Notes: generated by a model not told the origin, from the sequence alone. A DNA stretch of 64,000 nucleotides from Bacteroidia bacterium (GCA_965279035.1 OZ257142.1:3232001-3296000); one strand, 5' to 3'. Shown: positions 12,022 to 21,903, numbered from the stretch's first letter. Numbers and translations are program-made.

Positions 12022-13208
12022 TCGGACAAATAGCTAAACCGCTCGGTGAGTTTTCCGTCTTTTGCAATGGTGGCGCGCTTAATCATGGGATGCCCATCGG
12101 CTTGCAATAATCCTCCAATCACATATTTAATTAAATGTTCTCCAAAGCCATAGGAAGCGTCTAAAGGTAATTCGCAAGGGAGATTACTCACCGCCATAAT
12201 ATCAATGGTATTGGATAAATAGGGAGCTTCAACAGTTTCTGAAAGTGGATGAAAACCAAAGGTTGGATCTTCGATGGTGGTGTCTTTCACTGTTGCTGGA
12301 ATAGAACCGTTCACATCGCAACTGATATCAGCAATTACTTTGATTCTAAAGTCGCGCGCTTTCATATCTTCTTTGGAAAAAAAACGTGGAATTCGTTCGT
12401 TCCAGAAAATCGAATTGAGCATCAAATCGCAGCTTTTGGTATAAGGACGAAATGTGGAAACGTAATTTTCAGGATTCTGGTAGAAATCGGCTTTGTCCCA
12501 TTCATCGCCATCCTTATGTGCATAAAAATCTTCTGTCACCAAATGCACATAGGTTGGCACATCAAACGAATCATGAATAAATTCATCGGGTGTTACCTCG
12601 CGGATATTTAAGGCTTTTAGCACTTGCAAACATCCATGAGCAACGCGACCATCACCTGTAAGAGCAATGCGAATTGGAGGTAAATTGATATGTTTATATT
12701 GCTCAAGCATTTCGGCATAATCGCGACACTTCCAAGCAGGTTTTAAATCGAATTGCTTCATTTTTTTCCCCCAAGTGAGGAAACCTTCATGTGTTCCTAC
12801 AATCCCAGCGTAGCGACCAAAACCGAGTACGCGACTTCCATTTTCCCAAACCAAGGTTTCGTAATCAACCATACAGATATTGAGTTCCAAAATCTTACGA
12901 AGAAGTTTTCGGTTGTGTGGTTGTTTTTTGATTGTGTGAGAGAAGAAAAGGTAGGTTTTTCCGGGGATGAGTTCGTCTGTTGGAACTTCTTTTATCCCTA
13001 AAAGGATATCACATTCGGAGAGGTCTTCGCGTAATTCGATGCCGGCTGCAGCATAATCATCATCAGAAATACACCGATGCGGAGAAGGTTGTACGAGTAT
13101 TTGAACATTCGAAAAACGCTCCATTACTTCTTTGCATTGAATGGGAGTAAGTGCTACTCGTTTATCGAATGGTTTTTTTCCTTCTCGAATTAAGCCGATG
13201 GTTCTCAT
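12009..13208 (-). CDS. AlaDH/PNT-family oxidoreductase (saccharopine dehydrogenase/lysine-ketoglutarate reductase-like)
   Basis: IREGKKPFDKRVALTP, GIKEVP, FFSHTIKKQPHN, IADISCDVNGS, SNLPCELP. Confidence 0.8.
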   Translation of the reverse strand: MRTIGLIREGKKPFDKRVALTPIQCKEVMERFSNVQILVQPSPHRCISDDDYAAAGIELREDLSECDILLGIKEVPTDELIPGKTYLFFSHTIKKQPHNRKLLRKILELNICMVDYETLVWENGSRVLGFGRYAGIVGTHEGFLTWGKKMKQFDLKPAWKCRDYAEMLEQYKHINLPPIRIALTGDGRVAHGCLQVLKALNIREVTPDEFIHDSFDVPTYVHLVTEDFYAHKDGDEWDKADFYQNPENYVSTFRPYTKSCDLMLNSIFWNERIPRFFSKEDMKARDFRIKVIADISCDVNGSIPATVKDTTIEDPTFGFHPLSETVEAPYLSNTIDIMAVSNLPCELPLDASYGFGEHLIKYVIGGLLQADGHPMIKRATIAKDGKLTERFSYLSDYVE

Positions 13209-13212
13209 GCGG

Positions 13213-13220
13213 CAAAGTTA
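13213..13220 (-). promoter_or_regulatory. Bacteroidota -7 box (TAACTTTG) for the dehydrogenase, probably a leaderless mRNA
   Basis: TAnnTTTG 4 nt upstream of the ATG at 13208. Confidence 0.6.
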
Positions 13221-13294
13221 AGAAGGCAATTTTAAGAAGGAAGGAGATTCTGTTATTATTACGAATATCCCCTAGAAAGGGCAAAAAACTGATG

Positions 13295-13302
13295 TATCTT
13301 TG
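13295..13302 (+). promoter_or_regulatory. Bacteroidota -7 box (TATCTTTG) for tmRNA
   Basis: Exact TAnnTTTG 20 nt before the tmRNA 5' end. Confidence 0.65.
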
Positions 13303-13322
13303 CCGAAGTTCTTTCATAACAT

Positions 13323-13710
13323 GGGGCCGTCATGGTATCGACAGCGAGTGCAATTGACAAGTAAGCATGCCGGGTGTTGCGAGGTTAACCCGTTAAAACA
13401 ATCCGCGCGCCTATAACTGGCGAAAACAACTACGCACTAGCAGCTTAATCCGATAGGATTAACCACGTTTGCCTTATAGGTAAACACTAGTTGTCTCCCG
13501 GGGAAGTTTTCTCAAGTCGTCCCCGATGAGGCATCGTAAAGTTTGAGATAGGTTTTTCAGGGTCCTGATGAATTACCGAAAACGATCGGGACTAAGAAGA
13601 GGGCTGGTTTGTTCCGTTCCTACCCACTTCCGACAATTGATTCGGAAATAAGCATGTAGAAAGCGTGTGAATTCCTTGTTTGGACGCGGGTTCGACTCCC
13701 GCCGGCTCCA
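13323..13710 (+). ncRNA. ssrA: tmRNA, tag peptide (A)GENNYALAA
   Basis: 5' GGGGCCG pairs with 3' CGGCTCC-A; T-arm GCGGGTTCGACTCCCGC; tag GGC GAA AAC AAC TAC GCA CTA GCA GCT TAA at 13419-13448. Confidence 0.97.
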
Positions 13711-13711
13711 C
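13687..13711 (+). repeat. attL core CGGGTTCGACTCCCGCCGGCTCCAC
   Basis: Identical to 53416-53440; flanking bases differ on both sides. Confidence 0.95.
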
Positions 13712-13716
13712 AATCA

Positions 13717-13747
13717 TAACGCAACTGATATTCAATCAGTTGCGTTA
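13717..13747 (+). terminator. Phage-supplied hairpin right after the reconstituted tmRNA
   Basis: TAACGCAACTGAT-attca-ATCAGTTGCGTTA, perfect 13-bp stem; no clear U-tract. Confidence 0.55.
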
Positions 13748-13759
13748 AAAATTTCTGAG

Positions 13760-14977
13760 ATGATAGTTTCAGCGACACAAAAAGCGACGCATTTTCGCAA
13801 CAATTATATATCGGACTATGTTCCAAGGCTTGTCATTCCTGCAATTGGAAGTAAAGATCAGCGACAGTATATTAAATACAAGGTATGGAATCGCGACCAG
13901 GGCAAATATGTTTGGGTTAAAGATTATGAGGTAAACAAAATTCCTCCATCTAAAAGGGAGAAGTTCATAAAGAATAGAATTCAAGAGTACCAACTATTGC
14001 TAAAAGAAGGATTGCAAAAATCTCCTCTTCAGGAAAAGGCTGATCTTGAAATGGAAATGATCAAGGAAAATGCAATGACCTTGACTATTTCGAAAGCGAT
14101 AGAATATGGATTAAAGGAAAAACAAGGCTTGAAGCTCCGTCAGATTAGAAATTATGAGCATCGATCAAGAATATTCTTAGAATGGCTTAATGATCGGGGA
14201 TATTCGAAGGTACCCGCCTATCTATTCAGATCTGAAAAAATCAAGGAGTTTGTATCTCATTTGAGAAACACTAGAAACTGTGCACCTAGAACGATTAATA
14301 ATTATTTACTGGATCTCTCAACTTTGATAAATGTTAATGTTGAGAATGAACTTCTAGATAGAAATTACTTTCCGGACGTAAAGAAAGATCGTGTTGGGAT
14401 CGGTAAGAATTGGGCCTACACTGTTGAACAGCAAAAAGAAATAATTCAGCATGTTAAGGATAAGCATCCAGAATACTTAATGCTCATTCAGTTCATGTAT
14501 TATACATGTGCTCGAGAGAGAGAATTAAGCTTGATGAAAATTGAAGATATAGGCAAGCGCCATCCTGATCAGATTTGGTTTCCTGAAGACAACACAAAAG
14601 AAATCATGGAGAGAAACATCATGATTCCAACTCAACTTAAGGAGGTTATAAAGGAAAACAAACTCCTTTCACTACCTGGTGATTGGTATGTATTCAGTAA
14701 GAACTTTCGTCCTGGACCTGTATTTTATCATTCAGATAATTGGGGAAAGAGATATGGTAGAATGGTTCGGAACATTAGTCCTGAATATGATTTAAGACAC
14801 ACTCTATATTCCTGGAAGCATACCGGAGTAACTATGCTTCATATAAATGGGACTGAATTAAGTGCTATTCAACAGCATTTAGGTCATAGATCACCTTTTT
14901 CAATATTGAAGTATCTAAAAACATTAGGACTTCATACAAATAGAACTATTGTAGATCAGTTTCCTGATTTGCCTTAA
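13760..14977 (+). CDS. int: Tyrosine integrase (start uncertain, see findings)
   Basis: SAM-like APRTINNYL; catalytic region TCARERE, YSWKHTG, QHLGH, KYL; adjacent to attL. Confidence 0.92.
   Translation: MIVSATQKATHFRNNYISDYVPRLVIPAIGSKDQRQYIKYKVWNRDQGKYVWVKDYEVNKIPPSKREKFIKNRIQEYQLLLKEGLQKSPLQEKADLEMEMIKENAMTLTISKAIEYGLKEKQGLKLRQIRNYEHRSRIFLEWLNDRGYSKVPAYLFRSEKIKEFVSHLRNTRNCAPRTINNYLLDLSTLINVNVENELLDRNYFPDVKKDRVGIGKNWAYTVEQQKEIIQHVKDKHPEYLMLIQFMYYTCARERELSLMKIEDIGKRHPDQIWFPEDNTKEIMERNIMIPTQLKEVIKENKLLSLPGDWYVFSKNFRPGPVFYHSDNWGKRYGRMVRNISPEYDLRHTLYSWKHTGVTMLHINGTELSAIQQHLGHRSPFSILKYLKTLGLHTNRTIVDQFPDLP
13771..13790 (+). repeat. Putative integrase arm-type sites AGCGACAC/AGCGACGC
   Basis: Direct repeats at 13771 and 13783; the same 8-mer occurs twice inside attR (53335, 53367). 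Confidence 0.6.
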
Positions 14978-14998
14978 CTATAAACCAAAACAAAATTT

Positions 14999-15913
14999 AT
15001 GAGTACTAAAACTGTTAGATTTAATTTGTTTTCTGTTGAAATGAACAAATATGATTACAATAAATTTGATTCATTATCGGAAGCATTAAATTCATGTAAT
15101 TCTTCAATCGAATTACCATTAACCAATATCGTTCCACCTGATACTTTAGTTATGCCTATGCAATTGATTTCAAAACTAAACGGTGAAATTGTTGCCGGAG
15201 CTATCGCTTTTAAACAAAGATCAATGATTGAGTTTGTTTATAATAGTGAAACAAAAAAAAATGAAACTATGCCTAATAAATTTAATCCGATGCATAGTAC
15301 TTGCTTTTTATACGATAAAACAACCGGAATTATTATCATTGAATCTGTTCAGCGTGGCAAAGGTCCTGGTGTAAGACAAGTTTGTGATTACCTTTCTTCT
15401 TCGTGTGGATTAAGATCACTAAGTCATTTAACGGTTCCAAATCCAAATGAATTAAAAAAACTTGAAGAAATAAGTGAAATTAGAGGGGTAGAAATTATAC
15501 TTGCGAAGCCAAATCACGACTCAGCTCAAAAACAACCATTAGCAATGAAAGATTGTTCTGATTTAGCAGATGATTGGAATGGTGATAGAATAACAGTTGA
15601 AGTAACTGGAAAAAGAATGAATTATAAAAGAATAATGGATTCAGTTAGGGCTTTCTTAAAATTAGATGATTCAGAAAATAATGAATTAAAAAAATTCAGG
15701 TTATCTGGAGTAAATGGAGATAATGATAGTAGAATTGTAGACATTTTATCTAATAGAATTTTATTAGAAGCTGAAATACCTAGAACAGTTAATAAATCTA
15801 TAGGTACTTTAAATGAAATAATAAATGTTGGATTAAGAAAATACAAAGAAGTTAGGCCTACAATTTTAAAGCAATACTCAGAAACGAAAAGAGATAGATT
15901 CTTTAGCGAATGA
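14999..15913 (+). CDS. Soluble moron protein (DUF6731/DUF4747-like by eye), candidate defence component
   Basis: AT-rich; opposite strand to late genes; ATGA-coupled to the downstream membrane protein. Confidence 0.6.
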   Translation: MSTKTVRFNLFSVEMNKYDYNKFDSLSEALNSCNSSIELPLTNIVPPDTLVMPMQLISKLNGEIVAGAIAFKQRSMIEFVYNSETKKNETMPNKFNPMHSTCFLYDKTTGIIIIESVQRGKGPGVRQVCDYLSSSCGLRSLSHLTVPNPNELKKLEEISEIRGVEIILAKPNHDSAQKQPLAMKDCSDLADDWNGDRITVEVTGKRMNYKRIMDSVRAFLKLDDSENNELKKFRLSGVNGDNDSRIVDILSNRILLEAEIPRTVNKSIGTLNEIINVGLRKYKEVRPTILKQYSETKRDRFFSE

Positions 15914-16395
15914 AAGATCAAACTAAGTTAAATTGGGAAAGATTTAATCCGATTATTTTAAGTGGGATTGGAATTTTTGTGTTTTGGCTTCTTGATAAAT
16001 ATTTTGTAGGAATTTATGATACAATTTACACTTTATCAAATAGCTTGATAGGAGTTAGTTCTACAATGATAGGTTTCTTCTTAACGATATTGACTTTGAT
16101 AGAAACCATTAATACAAATCGCATGAGAGTAGTTAAAAAAACTGGCAATTATCCGAGACTATTTAGATACTTAAAATCAGCTATTAAATTTAATTTGATT
16201 TTTATCGGTATATGTATTTTAGAAATAACTTGTGAAAAGTATATTACAACTTCAAATACAGAAAAATACTTAGCATTATATAGGATTGTACATTATGCTT
16301 TTGTACTAACTTTAATCCTCTCCATTACAACTTCAGTTAGATTTATCTCAATAATATTAAACCTGATGCATGATAAAACAACCACAAATAATTAA
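15910..16395 (+). CDS. Moron membrane protein (~4 TM), candidate defence effector
   Basis: Four hydrophobic stretches; 4-nt overlap with upstream gene. Confidence 0.65.
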   Translation: MKDQTKLNWERFNPIILSGIGIFVFWLLDKYFVGIYDTIYTLSNSLIGVSSTMIGFFLTILTLIETINTNRMRVVKKTGNYPRLFRYLKSAIKFNLIFIGICILEITCEKYITTSNTEKYLALYRIVHYAFVLTLILSITTSVRFISIILNLMHDKTTTNN

Positions 16396-16416
16396 ACAAA
16401 ATTTACCTTATTTATT

Positions 16417-16863
16417 TTAAGATATAATATCCAAAATCGCATTCTTTCGTACAACAGAACCATAAGATTTAGTAGTAAAACCTGAAGTTGTATAATTCCC
16501 CCAAGTACCACCATTTGAGGTCGAAATCCAGAAATAGAGTGTTTCAGAACCAAAGGAGTAATCAATTAAATGATTCCTGGCATCTGTTATAAAGGTTTTG
16601 AAATCAGCATCAGCAAGTTGGCTATTCATGTATGCTGTTAATTCATCGATCTTTTGTTGTCTTGTTTTCACGATCACTTTTATTTCTGATTCTAAAACTT
16701 CTCTAATTGTGTATTCAGGAAATGCCTCTGGAACAAGATCCACTATTTCTGCAGGAGCATAGAATGTTCCATCATTAAGTTCTGTGAACATCACCATGTT
16801 TACACCGCTCCTGAAGCCATTATAAATTGCAGCAATTTGTGCTGTAACAACTGCTCCGTTCAT
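16417..16863 (-). CDS. Phage hypothetical protein (end of tail operon)
   Basis: Coupled to the upstream tail gene; no motif recognised. Confidence 0.65.
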   Translation of the reverse strand: MNGAVVTAQIAAIYNGFRSGVNMVMFTELNDGTFYAPAEIVDLVPEAFPEYTIREVLESEIKVIVKTRQQKIDELTAYMNSQLADADFKTFITDARNHLIDYSFGSETLYFWISTSNGGTWGNYTTSGFTTKSYGSVVRKNAILDIIS

Positions 16864-17684
16864 ACTTGTCTACCTAATATAGTTTGAAATTCTTGAACAA
16901 TTGAATCGAATAATGCAGATTCTGTTGTGCTCATATATGCACCAATTGAGGCAAAAGCACATTCCTGATCAGTATAGATCGCTGGTGTTCCATTAAAATT
17001 TAAAGCAAGAATGAAAATATTTAATGTAAAAGGTTGATTATAGATTGTTGTAGCAGTTTGCTTTAATGAACCGCGATAAAATGTAGTTTGTATATTGGAA
17101 AATCGAGTACCAATAAATAGTCCATCAGTTCTTGAAATAGTATTAAAACCAAGAGCAGTAAAAAATGGGCTTATTCCAGATGAAAATGCACCTTGCCCAG
17201 ATGTAATTATAGCTGTTCCATTATTTGAGCCTGTTGCATATCCACCAATAGAACCCTTTGATCCGGTGCTACCATTTGTTCTAGAATAAAACGAAAGATG
17301 GAAATCTATATAGGATGTATTTGTGCTAGGAATTAATGAAATGTTGCCATATTGATTCACTCCATTACCCTTCACTCCAGTTGGTGCAAATGTTGGTGCA
17401 TTAACCCAAGTTATTTGATGGAGAGAGGTGTTTTTCAAATTTAAGCTGCACGATAATGAAGTGCTGCCAACCATTGGCCAAATGGCCACGATTCGATCCC
17501 ACAGACCATTTACCTTTAAAGAATATACAAGATAATAGATTGCTGCCTTTTCTGTCTCATCTGTGATTCCTGTAGCTAAAACAAACAAATGAGCTTCGCG
17601 ATCAGATATAGCTCTAGTATCTCCCATCTTTCTAGTGGCGAATGATCTTTTAGGAAATGCTTTTTTGGGAAATGAGGAAAACAT
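16860..17684 (-). CDS. Putative tail fibre/receptor-binding protein (helical N-terminus plus lectin-like beta domain)
   Basis: ATGITDETEKAAIYYLVYSLKVNGLW..IWPMVG N-terminus of a type seen in Bacteroidota phage structural proteins; Gly/Thr-rich beta C-terminus. Confidence 0.5.
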   Translation of the reverse strand: MFSSFPKKAFPKRSFATRKMGDTRAISDREAHLFVLATGITDETEKAAIYYLVYSLKVNGLWDRIVAIWPMVGSTSLSCSLNLKNTSLHQITWVNAPTFAPTGVKGNGVNQYGNISLIPSTNTSYIDFHLSFYSRTNGSTGSKGSIGGYATGSNNGTAIITSGQGAFSSGISPFFTALGFNTISRTDGLFIGTRFSNIQTTFYRGSLKQTATTIYNQPFTLNIFILALNFNGTPAIYTDQECAFASIGAYMSTTESALFDSIVQEFQTILGRQV

Positions 17685-18091
17685 CAGAAATCAGAAACTT
17701 GTGCAAAAACATTTATAGGAACTGATCCAGATAAAGCTGTGCAACAAACTTTAATTTTCTGCCCTGCTTTTAGTTGGAAATCATCATCAAGATAAGTACC
17801 TGAAGCAGATTGAACGGTTGCTGAAGGAGTCGCTGCAGCAATTGCAATTTCTCCCATCAAAATTGGATTTGCACCTGAAGTATCTGTGACAAAGATCAAT
17901 ACTAAACAACTAACAGAAGCGCCTGCGGCTTTTGCAATTATTTTAGTGCATTTGGATCCAACGCTGCCCGAGGTTGTTCCTGCAGTAAACAAATCTACTA
18001 GCGTTCCAGCGCCAGTTCGATCAAAGTTTACTGTTGTTATTTGAACTCTTCTTGTTTCAGGAATTAACCCGAATTGTGGTTGTGTAGCCAT
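17684..18091 (-). CDS. Small virion/tail structural protein
   Basis: Ala/Thr/Gly-rich, beta-like, 135 aa; directly after the tape measure gene. Confidence 0.55.
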   Translation of the reverse strand: MATQPQFGLIPETRRVQITTVNFDRTGAGTLVDLFTAGTTSGSVGSKCTKIIAKAAGASVSCLVLIFVTDTSGANPILMGEIAIAAATPSATVQSASGTYLDDDFQLKAGQKIKVCCTALSGSVPINVFAQVSDF

Positions 18092-18093
18092 TT

Positions 18094-21000
18094 TTATACT
18101 GAATAATGATAGTAAAGTGAAAGTCCGTTTCCTTGCGGACCAGTAGCTCCGGTTGCTCCAGTAGCGCCTGATGGTCCAGCTGGACCTTGATTACCCTGCG
18201 GTCCTTGTGGTCCAGTTTCTCCTGTTGCGCCAGTTGCTCCAATTGGCCCTTGTGGTCCTGCCGGTCCTGCAGTAGTTGTTGTGTTCGATTCTGTTATTGC
18301 CTTTGTTTTACCAATATTAGCAAGGTCTCGAACACGATCAATTTCTTCTTTAGTTTCAACGGAATCACGATAAACCATTACTGCTCTTAATGGCTGATTC
18401 ATTCTAGAATTTACTTTTTCTAATGTATTCATTAGAGAATAAACCCATTCAGGTGTTGAAGAAGAGCTGCTTTGAGAAATTATTTGCTGAGTGGTACCTC
18501 CAGAACCAAAAGAGCTGCTAGGTGAAGACATTGTTGATGAGTGTGAAATTCTCATTTGAACAGGACTACCCATCATTTCTGCTGGAGAAATTCTGCGACC
18601 ACCTTCATTCATACTTACATGTAATAAACGATCAATTAGAGAGCCGTTATTTCTATATGTTTTTTTAGAAAGTATCATGTATGGTTCGCCGCCTTCCATT
18701 TCTCCAACCTTTTTTCCCGATTGACTATTTACTAAGTCAATTCCACCACCTTCATGCGAAGGACCTTCAGGAACTCCTCCCACTACTCTATTTCCTGATC
18801 GGTATTGTGGAAATGGAGCTGACCAAATTGCAGCTTCTTGAAGTGCCCCCGATATTCCTGCAGCAATGGCTAATCCAGCACCAACTGGATTTGCCATAGC
18901 CGTGTATTTCATAATTGCTTCTGCTGTACTAATTGCGACCTGGAATGAAGCAGCAACGCGATCGGCGATTGCTTGTTTGCGCTTCATTCTATTTATCTCA
19001 GCATTGGCTTTTTTCTCAATTGCCAATTTGCGCTTCTGATACTGCTCTTCAGTAATTAAACCACGCTCTTTTTCTTTATCAAGGGTTGCAATTTTTTTGT
19101 CAGCTGCAGCTTGTGTCTCATTGATGCTTTTCTCAGCACCATTATTCATAATAGTGAATAATGGTCCTATTGTATTAATGAAAGCATTTCCATACTGATT
19201 AATAGCATTTGCAGCCTCTTCTAGTTGTTGTTTTCTAGATTTTGTTGCAGAAGCATTTGCACCATCAGTAATTGCTTTAATTGCAGCCTCACGAGCTTTT
19301 ACTAATTCAGTTACATCAAAACCATACTTCCTTGCAAGGGCAATTAATTCAGTATAATGTGCTGTTACACGCTCAATTTCTAATTGTTGAGGAGTTTTAA
19401 GCGCATTTGCAATTTGCAGCTCAGCTTCTTTTCTTGCCTGAAGTTTTTTGTTTAACTGATCCTTTTCAGCTTCAAGTGCTTTTCGATCACCTTCTTTGGT
19501 TAGCTCTTCCTCCTGATATAGTAATTCGTTTAGTTTGAGTTTAGCAATCTTCTTTTCTTCATCAGAGCCAAACATGATAATTTGGGCCATCTGAGCCTGA
19601 AGGTCTCGGTTTTGTTCAAGTAAAGCATCGGACTTTGCTCGAGCTTGCTGAACTGCAATTTCTGTATCGGTCTTGTAGAGATCCTCAATTGAGGAATTCA
19701 TCTCATCAAGAGCGGCTTGATATCTTTTAAATTCTGCTATTTTAAAATCTACAGAGCTTTTATCTTTTTTTTCTTTTACAACTTTAGTGGTTGTATTTTT
19801 ATTTAAATTGTTTTCAATAGTTTTTGATTCTGCTGCATTTAAAGCCTCTTCCTTAGCTTTTATTTCAGCTTCTGCAGCAGCTCTAGCTTGTTTAATTTGC
19901 TTATCGAGTGCGGTTCCGTCTAATCTTTCTTTTTCGGCTAACCAACCTTTTTGAACGAATAATAGTTGACGATATTTAGCAATATGTGCATTAACTTCGG
20001 CTTGGGTTGCTTCTCTTGTTCTAGTTGTTCCAGAACCTGATCCAGTTACTGATGTTTCATACTCAACAACACTAAAAGTTCCTTTTTTACGTCTTTCGTC
20101 TTCTTGATTTTGAATAATTTCAAGCTGCTTTGAATTTGCTTTTAAAGCATCATTAATATCCCAAATTGCTTTTGCGTTTACTACTTGAAGTCTTGCTTTT
20201 TCAGCATCAATGTAATCTCGAACTCTTTCTGTATTAATACCAATTGCATTTCCATATTTATCAAATTCCGTTGCTGCATTAGGTAATACAGAAGTGACTT
20301 TTTCGATAATTGACTTCATTTCGTCTTGTTCTTGGACAGAAAGATTTGTTTTCTTCGTCAATTCATCATATCGGCTAATCAATGGTTCAAGCTCTACGGT
20401 TAAAGAAGCTAAATCCTTCATTGCGCTATCAAACTCACTAATTGATTCTGTTGCTCTATTACCTTCTACATCAATAACTCCGAAAAGCTCCCCGACTTTC
20501 ATTATTAAGCCTTCTATACCGTGGGTTAATGCAGAGTCCATAAACCAACCGGTAATCTTTTTACCAACCGTATCTATAACGGCACCTGCAGTTTGATTTT
20601 TTATATTAAATTCATTAAGAACACTAGAGGTTTGACCAATGCTTTTGGTTGCTAAATCAACTTTTTGTTTTACTAAAGAAATATTAGATCCAAATTTTGC
20701 CATTACTTCAGAAGCACCTGCTCCATCGACATCAAGCTCTTGAATAATTTTGGCAAATTCGGTATTGCTTTTCGCAGCATTCTTGCTGCCTTGAGCTACG
20801 GCCATAAAAGCGCCGAATAGATCAGTGTCTAGCATCTTTTTAAACTCCTCAACTGGCTTACCTGCGACTTTAGCAAAGTCCTCAATATTGGTAAGCATTT
20901 TCTGAGTTATCTTAACAATAGCAGTTGAGCCGCGTTCGGATGCGATATTAAGTTCTTGTTGCGCAGCTGCCATTCCTAGCACCTGTCCAGAGGAATATCC

Positions 21001-21903
21001 TGCTTGAATTCCATAACCAGCTATTCTATTAGTATTTTCAGCAATAACAGGTCCGGTAGCAGCTCCATTTGCTGCAAGTTCATTTATCGCATTACCAATA
21101 TGAAGTAAATCTTCATCTACTTTATCAGATTTAATATCGGTCAAAACATTTCTCATTTTACCGAGCTCTTCAGCTACTTGTTGAGCGCCTCCGGTAAATT
21201 CATCTCCTAATGCAACATTTGCTATGTCAACTGAAGAAACAAATTCATCGATTTGATTCTTGGCAATATCCATTTGACCTCCTACGATTGCAATGCCTCT
21301 CAAATCAGAATTCGAAGTTCTGGTTTCCATGTCTTTAAACTCTTTATTGAGTTTCCTGACTTCGGAAGTTGTCATGCCGGTCGTTTTCTTTACATCAGCT
21401 ATTTGATCAGATAACTTTCCAGCACCAGCTATCATTCCTCCCAATGAGTTTAAAATGAAACCGCCGGCAAAAATCCCAACGAGTAACATATTTACTCCCT
21501 TGAGCTGGTCCCAAACACTTTTCCATGCCTGTCCAAATGGTCCTAATCCTGTTTCTACAACCTTCATTCGTTTTTGAACAGCTTCTAAACTATTTTTCAA
21601 TCGATCAAATTCACCAGTGTCAGGTTGAGCCATTTTCCAAGCATTCTTAAGTCGTCTTGATTCTGCCTCAAGTTGACGCATGCTCATTTTATTAATATCG
21701 AAGGATCCAGAAAGCTTATCAATTTCTTTAGTTGTTTCCTGAAGTTCTTTCCTCAATTTTTGACCAAGAGGAGAGTTTTCGCCAACCTGAGAAATTGTTC
21801 TTCCCAACCGCTGAGCGCGTTTTTCTAGTTTATCAATTTCAGCAATACCTGATTGCCCATTGATATACACATTAACCCTGGCCGAATTCGTTACGTCGCT
21901 CAT
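18094..21903 (-). CDS. Tail tape measure protein with C-terminal collagen-like segment
   Basis: TP901-type core ADVKKTTGMT..; long coiled coils; 16 G-X-Y triplets at 18124-18267. Confidence 0.9.
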   Translation of the reverse strand: MSDVTNSARVNVYINGQSGIAEIDKLEKRAQRLGRTISQVGENSPLGQKLRKELQETTKEIDKLSGSFDINKMSMRQLEAESRRLKNAWKMAQPDTGEFDRLKNSLEAVQKRMKVVETGLGPFGQAWKSVWDQLKGVNMLLVGIFAGGFILNSLGGMIAGAGKLSDQIADVKKTTGMTTSEVRKLNKEFKDMETRTSNSDLRGIAIVGGQMDIAKNQIDEFVSSVDIANVALGDEFTGGAQQVAEELGKMRNVLTDIKSDKVDEDLLHIGNAINELAANGAATGPVIAENTNRIAGYGIQAGYSSGQVLGMAAAQQELNIASERGSTAIVKITQKMLTNIEDFAKVAGKPVEEFKKMLDTDLFGAFMAVAQGSKNAAKSNTEFAKIIQELDVDGAGASEVMAKFGSNISLVKQKVDLATKSIGQTSSVLNEFNIKNQTAGAVIDTVGKKITGWFMDSALTHGIEGLIMKVGELFGVIDVEGNRATESISEFDSAMKDLASLTVELEPLISRYDELTKKTNLSVQEQDEMKSIIEKVTSVLPNAATEFDKYGNAIGINTERVRDYIDAEKARLQVVNAKAIWDINDALKANSKQLEIIQNQEDERRKKGTFSVVEYETSVTGSGSGTTRTREATQAEVNAHIAKYRQLLFVQKGWLAEKERLDGTALDKQIKQARAAAEAEIKAKEEALNAAESKTIENNLNKNTTTKVVKEKKDKSSVDFKIAEFKRYQAALDEMNSSIEDLYKTDTEIAVQQARAKSDALLEQNRDLQAQMAQIIMFGSDEEKKIAKLKLNELLYQEEELTKEGDRKALEAEKDQLNKKLQARKEAELQIANALKTPQQLEIERVTAHYTELIALARKYGFDVTELVKAREAAIKAITDGANASATKSRKQQLEEAANAINQYGNAFINTIGPLFTIMNNGAEKSINETQAAADKKIATLDKEKERGLITEEQYQKRKLAIEKKANAEINRMKRKQAIADRVAASFQVAISTAEAIMKYTAMANPVGAGLAIAAGISGALQEAAIWSAPFPQYRSGNRVVGGVPEGPSHEGGGIDLVNSQSGKKVGEMEGGEPYMILSKKTYRNNGSLIDRLLHVSMNEGGRRISPAEMMGSPVQMRISHSSTMSSPSSSFGSGGTTQQIISQSSSSSTPEWVYSLMNTLEKVNSRMNQPLRAVMVYRDSVETKEEIDRVRDLANIGKTKAITESNTTTTAGPAGPQGPIGATGATGETGPQGPQGNQGPAGPSGATGATGATGPQGNGLSLYYHYSV

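Noticed and set aside
13667-13759. GTG start of the 436-aa integrase ORF as given in the track
   Set aside because: It lies inside the structured tmRNA 3' domain; ATG 13760 or the attP-derived TTG are more plausible
16417-17684. Possible DGR target or retron near the tail-fibre-like gene
   Set aside because: No reverse transcriptase ORF and no template/variable repeat pair seen in the window
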